Shown here: positions 39,297 to 51,100 of the stretch, in pieces
Numbering within the stretch: position 1 is the stretch's first letter
How the letters are laid out: the number at the start of each line of letters is the position of its first letter
Origin: Amphiscolops sp. MND2022
Taxonomy: Eukaryota
Direction: 5' to 3'
NCBI GenBank assembly: GCA_964187785.1
Contig: OZ076409.1
Location: forward strand, 69,318,001-69,382,000
Length of the DNA stretch: 64,000 bases
The notes under the pieces: model-generated
Told to the model about the DNA's origin: nothing
Databases searched by the model: none
Seen by the model: the letters and a program-made list of their open reading frames with translations, nothing else
Position numbers and translations under genes: made by a program

Positions 39297-39979
39297 CCCA
39301 TGTTGAGCCCTCCCTGCGAATCTGTACAGATCCTGACAGATATTCCAGGATGTATCGAAAATAAATTAGTCGTAAATACAGTTTTGAAATTGAAATTAGT
39401 TGTTAAAAAGTGCTTTAAGAGATAAACACGTCACCTGATTGAAGGTATAGAAAACAGTTTCTCTGCGAATATGTACAGAACTTTACAGAGTCGCGCAGAC
39501 TCCACAGAAACAATTCAGATACTATAACAGCTTTTCTATTAAATTAACATCCGCCAAGAAAAGCCCCAGCCTAGTCTGAAGAACATGTGTGGAACATGAG
39601 TGGGGACACCGCAGCCACATACACAACATTTTTTTATTTTTTGATGTGTTATATTCATTGTTTCATAGTGAAATTTTCAAACTTTCTGATTTTTTAAAAA
39701 GAGTTTCTTAGGTCTCCGCCAACGATGTCAAGAGACCTAAAAATATTTAAATTTTTGAGGGCACTGTTCTGAAATGGCTAAAATACTTGGTAAAGAATAC
39801 TTTAGTTAAAGAAGCGCGAAAAATCAGTACATTGTTCGGTTATAAGCTTTGAAAAAAATTCCCTGAAAAATCTGTACAGAAAATCTTAGAACATCTGTAA
39901 AGATCCTTGCAGATCTGCAGTTGTCCTAACGTAGCAGTGGCACGATCTTTACAGAGCCTCAAGGAAAACTCAACATGGG
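39297..39979. mobile_element. MITE (CCC...GGG, TSD AT) with TGTACAGA subterminal repeats
   Basis: Perfect TIR cccatgttgag / ctcaacatggg; AT on both flanks; internal ctgtacaga / tttacagag repeats. Confidence 0.85.
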
Positions 39980-41635
39980 ATGTCATCTGAAAAATGGATA
40001 TGTAGATTCAGTGGTAAAATGTTTTTGGTGTATTGTTGATTTAGTACAAAAACCATGAAGATACAGACCCACGTTTGAGTCATGATGAGCACCTACTAAA
40101 TGTTTCAGGTTTTGTATATCTTATTATTATATTAAATTCAACCTCTGAATTTGTGATGAAATAAACTACTCGGAAAAGTTTTTGATGTTTCGGAAACAAG
40201 CTTTTGTATTGTTTTTAGTCGGCGTTTTTCGCAAAAGAAAAGTGTACAACTATTTCAGTGACTGGTTTTTTCTTTCTCTTCTTAGGAATCACACAGAAAG
40301 GGCCCTGTTGTTGTTCGATAGGTTCAACTAAACAAACACCAAAGTTAGTGCAAATGTCCCGTAACATTTTCGCCTTTTAAACGCGACGATACTGAATTTT
40401 TTCAATTTTTTCAGCACTGAGAACATTTTAGAAGAAAATTTTATTACAATCAGAAAATTTTATAAGGATCGAAGTTATTGTGCTATATCCGAAGTCCGAC
40501 ATTATACCCGAAGTAAACTCCGTTTCACTACATAGGATGCCGAGCTTCGAAAAAGTGCTCCCATATGGCGCAGTACGCTATATACGACTTTTGGAGCATT
40601 TTCCAAGCACAAAGGGCATCCTTTGGGTGTTTCAACATGTTTTGTGAGGTTTTCATTCACTCATTTCAAATACAAACGACTCGTCAGTTTTTGACGTACT
40701 TATCGCAATGCCCAAATGTACAACGTTTTTTGAAATATCTCGATTCAGAGTAATAGCGTTTTACCAATCTTTGGTCCGTTTCAGAAATTTTCTGCAGCTG
40801 GTCTGTTTCTGACTGACCTTTGGTGGTTCACCCTTAGCTTGGTGTTATCCTTGTTTCCTTCGCCCACGATTTTCCGGAAAAACCTCTGTCGAAGCCGTGA
40901 AGCAAACTTTTGTGAGAGGTAATATCGACTTCGTTTGTGCAATTTTTTGCGAATAATGGCGGAATGAGCGCCCTTCGTTGAAACAAAAGGAGATTTTGCA
41001 CTCAATGACTAGCTTTTCGCTCTGTAATGGTGTTTTTCGGCGGAAAACCGAACAGCGCTAAAGTGACTGGCTGTCTTTGCAGGCTACACATCAAGTTTCT
41101 GTTTCATCTTGTTTACCACAAATGTCGCGCTTGCAAGAGCGATTCCCGTCAACATTTTGGTACAATTCACAACAAATCTACGAAAACCACTGGCTATCAC
41201 AGTCATAGTTCAAGGTCTTACTGTCACTGCAGAGATGGAATTGTGTACTACCTCAATCCATTGTCTCTGGCTACACTACCCATGCCTACTAGTTAACTTC
41301 CTCTGAATAACCCTTCTAATGTTCCACCAAACGCATTACTGTAATATCGTCTCCAAGCTTTGCTGCTCGGCAAATATCGAGGTGCACGTCCACAATATGA
41401 GGTCTGGCACAACAGTTAATAATATCATCCAAAGGGGCTATCATCAAGAAGCTATCTTCCTAAAAAGAATTTGGCACAACAGAAAGCGATCCACTTCAGT
41501 GGCACTAGTGGTTCCGTCAATGTAACGGTGCGATTGTCTCAGCGCCTTCCACCGACGAAGTAAAACTTACTTATTTTCAAACAGGCTTCTTGTAAAGAAA
41601 CCACTGCGAATGCCCAGTTTGCCTATTGTGCCACA

Positions 41636-44600
41636 ATGCCCAACGACGCTTTGAATACAAACAAGTTCAGCCAAATACAGACCGCCGTGAGTTCCTATTT
41701 GGACAAAAATTTCAATCCCACTGTCCACCTGTTAGAATGCATAACAGTTACATTATTAGCTGTTCTTATGATTGAAAACATTCGTGACTTTGTGTCAACG
41801 AAAATTGAGAGAACGCTTAACAACCTTAGCAATGCATTGGACTCAAAACTTTCTCAAAATGACATTAAACTAGACGCGATCAACTCAAAAAACGTCAACT
41901 TTGACCGAAACATTCATCATTTAACAAAAACTGTCGACGAATTCAAAACTGAACATGAATTGCTGGAACATAAAAAAACTGTATCCAATCTGAAACGGTG
42001 AACCTACACCACGAATTAGGCTCTTTGCCCAACTTTACAAAGTTGGAAGAGCAAAAGAATGTTAATTCGAATGAAGTTCAACTGCTGAATACCGAACTTG
42101 ACTAACCCATGATTGACCTACTTACGAGCGATGTCCGGGGACATGTGGAAGAACAACTTAGACAAACCCGGGCAGAGATACACAACCTTTTAACGATATA
42201 GTGAAGAAAAATCAGCTGCAATTAGAATCGCAAAGGATGGAATCAAACACCAAGACGATGTCGATGGACGCCGAATGTCGAATGGAAATGATGGAACAAT
42301 ATTCGCGGAGAGACTGTCTCATGATTCTCGGACTGGAAGAAGTACAAGGAGAAAATACAACTCAGAAGGTTGTTGAATCTGCAATGGGCACGAATTTGTC
42401 AGCTGACGAAATTTCTAAAAATCATTGATTATTTACTCGAAATAGAACCATGGAGAAACTAGACCTGTAATAGTCAAGTTAATTAGGCGATCAGTGAAGC
42501 AACAAGTCTACAATTCGAAGCATTTACTGTATCATACGGAAAGTCAATTTCGGGTGTATATCAAAGAACACTTGAATAAGGAAAGAGCTAGAGCTATATA
42601 CCCCATAAAAAAGCAGGTTTTGAAGTGACGACCGACGAATGTCGTATCAACTATAAAAAAGACCGTGAAGTTCGGGTCATCATTCCAGTATCTGATCTCC
42701 AAAGTAAACTAAACTGGGAGACGTCAGCAATGATGAAAGTGCTCTCTTAGTAGCAACTAAAAACACATCCACTTTTCCTGATGATGAAGTCAATGTAGGA
42801 CTGAGGATTCTTTTTGTAAATTTCCAGGGTTTGATCAGTAAAATAAAACTTCAACTGACACAAGACACTGCGCAGAAATATAAATGTTATTGGTTTTTCC
42901 GAAACACGAACTAACTGCTTTTCGGAAGATGAATTCAAAAACTTTGACATTGTTATTGGTGTTGATGAAAACAAATTGCGGTTTCGTCACGATTTAGCGT
43001 TGCTAGTCAAAAGTGACCTCTCACATAAATTTGGTGAAACAAACTTGGAACTATGGGCAAAAATTGATTCTGAAGGGGTAACTTATCTTTTTGGAGTTGT
43101 GTATATGTTTTGTGAGAGCTTCAAACAATGAGAAAATGATATGTTTGAAACTTTTTCTGAAGATTTGATGGGATTGAAAACACTGAACGTCAATGTTTTT
43201 GTCATGGGAGATATCAACGCCAGAATGGGAGAGATGTGTGACAACATTTGCTTGGACGATGAAACCCCTGCGTTACCAGTACGGGAAAATAAAGATGAAA
43301 AAGTAAACAATAATGGTAGACAATTACTATCTAATTTTACTGAAAAAGATTGACGAAGAAAATCTTGGTGAACAACAAACTCAAAGTTTTTTCAATCTCC
43401 TCGTCCTTCTATATGCTGAAGATACTATCATACTAACTGAGAGTGACGAAGATATGCAGAAAACACTGCAGACGGTATCTGATTGCTGTAAAACTTCGAA
43501 ACTGAAAATCAATTGCGATGAAACAAAATACATGCTTTTTTTCCCGTGGTGAAGTCCGCAATGCCTAATCAATGTGTATAAACGGGTTTGTTATCAAGCG
43601 CGTAGATAGTTTCTGTTTCTTGGGTGTTGTTTTCAAGTATAACAACACCTTCCAATTAGCAATAAAAAATAATGTTTGCCAAAGCAAAGAAGCTCTTTTC
43701 AAATTCATATCTGAAAGAGCGGTCCATAATCTTTCCGTGGTATCAAAACTGCACTTGTTAGACTCGCTGATTGTACCTATACTCATTTATGGATGAGAAG
43801 TATGAGGATACGGACATCTGGATCAACTGGAAGTTTTCCAACGAGGTTTTCTCAAAAATGTTCTACAGGTTCGTAAAGAACACCTAACTCGATGGTACAT
43901 GGGGAAGTGGGACAATTGGAAATCCTGTATCAAGTCTGTCACAGATTGATATGATTCTGGAAAAGACTTACTTCGTCTCCAACTAATTTTCCCAATCGTC
44001 TCTATAACTGCATCAAATCATGTGGGAAGACAGACATGCGGCTTGAACGAATACAGAAAATTCTAATAGCGAGTGGAGTACCTGCAATTTTTGAATATCC
44101 AGCGCATATATCAGAACCACACTTGATGAGACTGTTGAAAGCACAATTGGGGGACGCTGCTATTCAATCTCGGCGAACGTCCTTGAGCGAGAACACTCTT
44201 TGTAAAACATATTCTTAATACAAATTCAAATACGGCGTAGAAAATACTTGATCAACTCGAGACAACCTGGCCGAAACGACATTAGTAGGTTCCGATGTGC
44301 TTCTATCGTGAATGCACATACAAGACAAAAAATTCTAGGAACAACCTAAACGCATTGTCTCCTTTGTAACGAGGAAGGGCTGGCGGACGAATATCATTTA
44401 CTTCTAGTTTGTAAGAGCCTAAAGTCGGAGCGAGAAAAATATTTGGTGGAAGAGTTTTATAAGTACCCAAATCTTCTTTTGCCAAATAAGTTGATGAACT
44501 TGAGTTGCAACCTCCAAAGTATATAAATTATCCAAGTTTTGGAAACTTATTACCAACTTCTTCCGCTGTAAAATGCCTAATCTGTACTTTGTGAGCCCGA

Positions 44601-44643
44601 GCAAGGCAACGAGTATGAATTCAAATAATCATTCTTTCATTCA
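41636..44643 (+). mobile_element. Decayed non-LTR retrotransposon (LINE; CR1/L2/RTEX-type), internally deleted
   Basis: ORF1 remnants (EQYSRRDCLMILGL, RPVIVKL), APE endonuclease motifs (VIGFSET, VMGDINAR), abrupt jump near 43350 to RT C-terminal motifs (LLYAED, FCFLGV, VPILIYG), ATTC-like tail near 44630. Confidence 0.85.
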
Positions 44644-45259
44644 GCTATTCTGAAACCGTTTTGTCACTAATGACAGGCAGTCTTTTGGCCTTAAACTATG
44701 AACGAGTTATGTCAAACGCTTCGCTCAGAGGCCAAACGATTCATCCTCTTCAACAAACAAATTAAGCAAGGTCGATGAACACAGCGCAACGAAACCTATA
44801 TGATCCAAAAAAAAAATTTGATATCAATGGCGGATTGAAACAGAAAGCAGCGGCACATGGAAGAAGGAAACCCCTTTCCAGCGAGCCCAAAACTGATGAC
44901 GTTGCTTTTTCTACCGCTTCTCGAATCGTCCATGCTGATAAACTTCGTAGGACATAGCTAGCGAGTGCGGTTGAGGGATGGGGCTGCGCCAATACAATCT
45001 TTCGGTGGCGTATTAATGCGTGTAGACCGTATAGCTCAGTGAGGCAAGTAGAGAATTCTGCAAAAACTAAAAGGTCAATGATTCATAACGTATAGATGAA
45101 AATGCATCTAGGAATTAGTCATTTATACCATCCTTAAGGAGAAGACAAAATTAGATATTTATATTGTTATTTCAGGCTAATTTTTTCATTTCTGTTGGGG
45201 CCGTATTCAAGGTTGTCTCAGAGTATTTTCGAAGTAATACCCAAAACATACAATTTTTT

Positions 45260-45330
45260 CCGGGATAGGATTTGAACCCTGTAACTCTTGTTGCGAAGCC
45301 TAGCGCGCCTCCTATTTGGCCAATCTGCCT
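45260..45330 (-). mobile_element. tRNA-derived SINE head / tRNA pseudogene
   Basis: Minus-strand A-box TGGCCAAATAGG and B-box GGTTCAAATCC at tRNA spacing; no clean cloverleaf. Confidence 0.55.
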
Positions 45331-45597
45331 TGAAATTAATTGATTTTTATTTGCTTTTAACTTTCTGAAAGGAAGCCGATTCGGTAATGAATATTTTCGG
45401 ACAATTTTTCCTCGCGTATAAAACTCAATTGAAAGTTCGGTTAATTGCTCAGTTTTCTTGCTTGAGAATATTTGGAAATTCAAAGTTTTGATAAAGTCTC
45501 CATTTTAGCTAGATGTCTTGACGAGCAAACAATCGTCACAAGAAAAAAGTTTCCTCGGTCATTTACAAAAGCAATTTGGCTGCAGCATATTTTCATT

Positions 45598-45897
45598 GGG
45601 GAACATGGCGTAGTGGTTAGAGCATTCGGCCTGTACTGGGGCGGTATCAGGTTCGAATCTCTCTCAACTCACCATTGTTGGTCCTTAAGCAAGTCCTTCA
45701 TCCCTAGCTCAGTGGTATGGTCAATGACAAAAAATAACGCATTGGGCGGAGAAAAGCAAAACAAAAAGAGCAACGGTGAGCAGTCAGACCCTTGTGACCT
45801 TGAGCAAGTCACTTTGAAACCACAGCTTCAAGTCCACCATTACTTGACCCCTTGGCTGCAAATACGGTACCATAGCTTGCTATGGGGAGATAGTACC
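45598..45897 (+). mobile_element. tRNA-derived SINE remnant(s) with CORE-like segments
   Basis: A-box TGGCGTAGTGG (45606), B-box GGTTCGAATC (45650), CORE-like GTCCTTAAGCAAGTCCTT (~45681) and GTGACCTTGAGCAAGTCACTT (45794). Confidence 0.65.
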
Positions 45898-46076
45898 TGT
45901 CGCGATTTTCGCTATTTATAGAGTTTGTTGAACACTCTCTAGACCTCAGGCTACTATTTTCCCGTGTAAAAATGTTCTAGAACGATTTTCCCATGTTTTC
46001 TGCGAATTTCCTACTTCGGCGTTCCATTGTAGCCCACTGGACCTTCGGTCCTTTAATGTGAAATCGGTCGACCTTG
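45898..46076 (-). repeat. Displaced ~180-bp fragment of the element's own gag
   Basis: Near-identical to 54323-54505 (gctatttatagagtttgttgaa...aatcggtcgaccttg). Confidence 0.93.
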
Positions 46077-46120
46077 ACGGTTTCACGCACTTTTCACTCT
46101 CTCTTCAGAGTGATTTTCAA

Positions 46121-46152
<32 letters not shown>

Positions 46153-46155
46153 TCG
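46077..46155 (-). rRNA. ~79-nt fragment of 28S (LSU) rRNA, not a functional gene
   Basis: Minus strand CGAGACCGATAGTGAACAAGTACCGTGAGGGAAAGTTGAAAATCACTCTGAAGAGAGAGTGAAAAGTGCGTGAAACCGT matches the conserved eukaryotic LSU segment between expansion segments D1 and D2. Confidence 0.92.
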
Positions 46156-47916
46156 CTGGACCAATGCCCCTACGCAGCTTATGGAATCCAAAGCCCCCCC
46201 GTTTTGAAGAGCTGTCTCTGAAGACCATAATGCATAAGAAGGGGTACAGTGTGTTCGGAAAAATAGACTTCTTCTCGGTTGTGCAATTTGTCATCGTGTG
46301 TCTGGGAGGCTGTCTAGATCAGGACTGGATGTTGGTGTCCCCTGAATTGTCGAAGGTTGGTTGGAGACTTTGTTCTTTGCATCTAGCTCCTAGGATTTTA
46401 GACGGAGCCCTTCTTTTGTTTTCAGGCAATTAGATCATGCCAATTGGACATCAATGGTCTACCAGTCCTCTGCCAAGAACTGTTGCGTCACAGGAGCAAA
46501 GTGGTTGCTTTCTTGTCGAAAAGCACCCCTACCCAAGAAGGCACAGGAGTCCGCAAACAAGTAAGAGTTCTCTGGCTCCTTAGACCTACGGTCCAATGCA
46601 GTACCTCAACTGAGTGTTTCTTTTCAGCCCCAGAGCTTAGAATGGTCTCTTGTTTACGACGACTTCTTTCCGAGTAGACTCGAGTTGTTCTACCGATTAG
46701 TGCGCGATTGTTAGTGTTACCATTCATAGTTTCGCCATATACTATTGGGTTCAAAGTTTTCACTCTTTCTTTTATCGTCACCAGCAGTTTCACCACCAAT
46801 CTCAAGCGGCGCCGTGATCGAGGCTTCCATGTGTATCGAGAGCTAGGTCAATAACTCTTCAAGCTGGGCAGACGTTGCGTCAGTTCCAGCAGCATTCCTG
46901 AAGAAAATGATTTTCCCGGGGTCTACAGTCTCGTTATGGCTGACACTAAGGCTCTGTCAGTAGCTGACTTCCTGTCCCGGTCCAAATTGAGCGAAAAACT
47001 AGCAACTGCATGCAAGCTGAAAGCGGAAGCCGAGATGAGTGAGAAGAAAAACGAAAAGCTGACTCTAGCTGAAGTTACAGAGAACATTAAAGCTGATTTT
47101 GGACGCACTGCTCGTAGTTATGTAGTCACCCTATTCGGCACTGCTCAGAAGCTCCAGAGATTCACCAGCGATATAGTGAGAGGACTGGGTTCTTTTGATT
47201 TGGACGTGATGTTGGTCGACCCAATATCTTTGGCGACCTTTTGTTTCAAGGAGTTGTTTACCAGTTTCCGTTTGCGAGGTGTCTTGCTGGCAGACGAAGA
47301 GACGATTTACTTCGAAGAGTATCTCTCATTTCTTGACGAACTCCGCAAACTTCACCCCAACATCTCCTAGCCAAAACTGCTTATTCCTGACGTTATTGAG
47401 TTTGTGTGTGGACAGGAATCCTACAGGTCTCGGTCTTATCTCATGAGGATTTTCAGACTCAGTTGTCTTTGTCTAGATGATCCTCGTGTCTCCTTTCCCC
47501 CTGTCAAGTTTGGGACAGTCCATACTGATGACCCAAAAAGTCCAATGTTCGATGTTGTTACACCATTGCAATCGTACCTCAGCAATGTTGCCCGCGGGGT
47601 AGAAGTTTTCACCTCAGAGTCTTCGATCTCCAAGTTTCTCGCTCTGGAACCGACTTTTGGGTCAACTGGGCTAAGGGACATATACAGTCCCTGGAGTGAC
47701 TTGGATAAGTTTGGATGGGCTGAGATCAATGACGTCATCAATAGTGTGACGCCCAAAGGCCCGAAGGTCTCCGCCGCAGAGGATGCCCCTAGTACCAGTA
47801 AAGCCACATCGTCTTTTATGGTGCCAAAGCCAGGGAAGAGGCGTAGTCACTTGATTTCAGATGAAGAGCTAAACAAGTCCGCTGAGCGTTTAAATGCTAG
47901 TTTAGATAAGTCTTAA
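46155..47916 (+). pseudogene. 3' part of the antisense hAT-transposase-like accessory gene (copy A, 5'-truncated)
   Basis: Duplicate of 60505-62263; phase-0 introns 46356-46425 (gttggt...tttcag) and 46561-46627 (gtaaga...tttcag) join the ORF fragments. Confidence 0.7.
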
Positions 47917-48102
47917 TTGTACCATATGTACAATTGTCATTTTAGTTTGTTGTACAGTGCTTCTAAAACTTTTCGTATAGACACTTTGGGATTATATTTA
48001 GTGTTCAGTTATTTACTGTATTCTTTGTCTTTTATTCAGTCAAGTCCCGCAAAGATATTATTCTGCAATTGTTTAATCGGGACAGTTAATTTACAATTCT
48101 GG

Positions 48103-51100
48103 CTAATATCTGTATTCGTCGGTGTAGTTGGGGGTTGGGTTAGGTCGTAGGTTAGATTTTCCTCCCCTGGGGCTTTCGTTTTCTACAATCATATCGTCTT
48201 CATCATCTAATACTTCGGGCACGATAGTATCACTCCCTCCTGACGATTGTTGATCGTCAATCCCATCATTTATGCGTTCTGAACGTGTTTTTTCAAGCGG
48301 AGCGAATTCATCATTTTCTTGTGGCCCGGTGGACCTAAGGTCCACGTCGGTGAAAATTTCGTCTGGCGCTCTGGCGTTATTTTCTTGAGGCCCGGTGGAC
48401 GTAACGTCCACGTCGGTTAAAATTTCGTCCGGCGCTCTGGTATTGTTTGCGTAATCATTAGAAGTGTCTAGCGCTTCTCGACATGTAGGAATTGCGGTTT
48501 CTTCAGTGGAATTGGGAAATTCACCAAATATGGTATTCCAAGTGATGACATATAGGTCATCTTGCGGAATATAAATTTCATTGTCCGGTTGCAAATTCCC
48601 TTCCGGTCTGGTGTCTTGTAGGACTGTGTTCGGTTCATAATTGCGTAGTCTGATGCGGTGTAAAATTTGCGTTTTGTTAGAATTCAGTTTTCTGACTATA
48701 TAGTTTTCATTTGGCAAGACTTTTTCTACAATATAGGGTCCTGTCCATCTGTATTCGCGAAATGGAATTTTCGATCTCTGGTGGTCGGCGATAGGTTGCA
48801 GTATAAAACAGTAATCGTTCTGTTTCAAGGGGGCCGCTTTGGCCTTCCGGTCGTAATATTCTTTGTACTTCAAATAGGATTGCATAATGTTTTTCTTTGT
48901 TGAATCAAGCAAAATTTGCGTCCGGCGCTGCAATTCATCTGCAAAGTCTGTAGTTGGTAGGACTTTCGGGTTTGGATTAAGGCCCAATTTGTGATCCAAT
49001 ATATTATACGGAATTCGTCCGTGAAATATTCTAGATGGTTCACAACCTAGGGTAGCGTGATAGGTCGTATTATAATTTAATACGGCTAAAGGCAAATATT
49101 TGTGCCACTGTCGCCTGTAGTCCCCTGAGGCCATCTTGAGGTTTGTTTTGAGACTGGCATGGGTACGTTCTAATTTGCCAATTGTTTGCGGGTGTTTTGT
49201 AGTTGCGCATTTTATGTGAATTCCGAGAATTTGAGCTACTTCGGCGACCAGTCTGGACGTAAAAGCCGTCCCTTTATCCGTGATCAAGGTAGTAGGCAAA
49301 TAGGTATGTTTAGTCATTATGTCTATAATAACCTTTGCCGTGTTTGTGGCCGAAGCGTCAGTAACTGGATATGCAAAAAGATTTCTTGAAAACAAATCCA
49401 TTGCAGTTATGATGTTTTCATAACCTCCGCTGGGGGGCAGGTTCGGTAACAAATCAATTTGAATTGCATCTTCCGGACCTAAGTCCCATTCAGGCAAGTT
49501 AAGCAATTCGGGAGTTATGGATGAGTTTGGGACTCTTTTATCTTTAATGCAAATTTCGCATCCTTGAACCCATTTTTTAACAATTTTTGCAATGCCAGGG
49601 TAGTAATATTTTTGGCGATTTTCGACGAGCATCTTTGGATATTCCAGGGTGTTTATTAGCTTTGCCGTGTAGGGATTCAAGTAGTTCATGTACCAGATGT
49701 TTAGGTAAAAGCACTTGATTGTATTTGACAGCTCCTGTTTCCTCAAAATACTGTCTAGTAATAATTTCATCCATAACGGACAGTCGGTCCATTTGGCGAC
49801 AGTAATGTTGGTAACGAGTATCTTGCAGGAGGATGGTCTCAGAATAACTTTCTTTCAGTATTTTTAGGCGCAATTGTTGCAAAATAACGTCGTTGTTTTG
49901 CTCCACTGCTATAGAGTTCGTGTAGGATAGTTTTTGAAGCGTGGAGAGTTTGTGATAGTCACTTTTGTGTGTAGTAAATTTTTCGAATGAAATATCAGGT
50001 AATTGATTTGATGGATGGTCCCTAGCGTCTTTTTTACGCTGTAAAATTTGTTCTTCCGTCTCGTCATCATCCTCTGTATAGAAGATTTGTTCCTCTTCCG
50101 AAACTCCGGCCGATTGGACATGTAGTTCGATCGGTGTTGTAGGAATATCTTCTCTGATTCTGAGGATTAATTTCTCTTTTGAAGAGATCTCCAGACGCGA
50201 CAGGTTATCAGCCGCTGTGTTGTTTTTTGCCGGGGATGTGTGCTATTGTGAAGTTGAACTGGATCACATAATCACAAGCATTCGATAATGTCGGCGGAAT
50301 AATTTTAGTTTGAAAAAATTGTGTGACGGACTTGTTGTCTGTGAGTATAATCACCGGTTTTGGGGTTCCCCAAAAGATATGTCCAAATTCCTTGAAGGCA
50401 AAGAAAATTGCTAAGAATTCCTTGGCATAGATGGACATTTTCAATTGGGTAGGACTAAAGGTCTTGGATCCATAAGCTACTGGTGCGAAAGTTTTCCTCG
50501 TAGAAGTGTACTTCTCGAGTGGATCGTCTTCGATGAGAACTGCGTACCCTGCAGCCGAAAAGCTGGCATCGGTCATAAGGGCTATTTGCTTGTTTGGTAA
50601 GGGTTGTTTGAGTGCCAGTTCGCAACATCGATCAAGAGCCTTGTTTATCTCGGTAAATTTTTCCAATAGGTCCGGTGTTACCAGGACTTTTTCATCTTTA
50701 GTGAGCAGTTTGAAAAACGGCGTTAGTTTTTCTGATAGTCTTGGGATGTAGTTTCGGTAGTAGTTCAAAAATCCCAAGTAACGCTGTAGTGCTTTCTTGG
50801 ATTTCGGGAATTTCGTATTTTCTAGGAAATTTTGGACCCGTGGTCTCTGCGGCTTCACTCCAGCAGGAGTGATGGTGCGTCCCAGAAAGTCGATTTCCGT
50901 TGCGCCAAAATGGCATTTATGCATCGTAAGCTTGAGACCAGCGTTTTGCATGCATTGGAATGTGGCCCTCAGGTTGTTGATGAGTTGTTCAGCATCGTTA
51001 GCAGCAATGCCAATATCATCAACATATTGGGCGCATTGGTCTGCTTTGATGACTTTGTCCAAGTATTCGCGCATGAAACTAGAGAAGGCCGATAGGGCTC

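Noticed and set aside
45598..45670. Functional tRNA gene (also 45260-45330)
   Set aside because: A and B boxes are present but acceptor and anticodon stems do not pair convincingly; the 45598 copy continues into SINE-like body sequence.
46077..46155. rDNA locus or R2-type site-specific insertion into 28S
   Set aside because: Only ~79 nt of rRNA, flanked on both sides by Gypsy sequence; it is not the R2 target region and no other rDNA is present.
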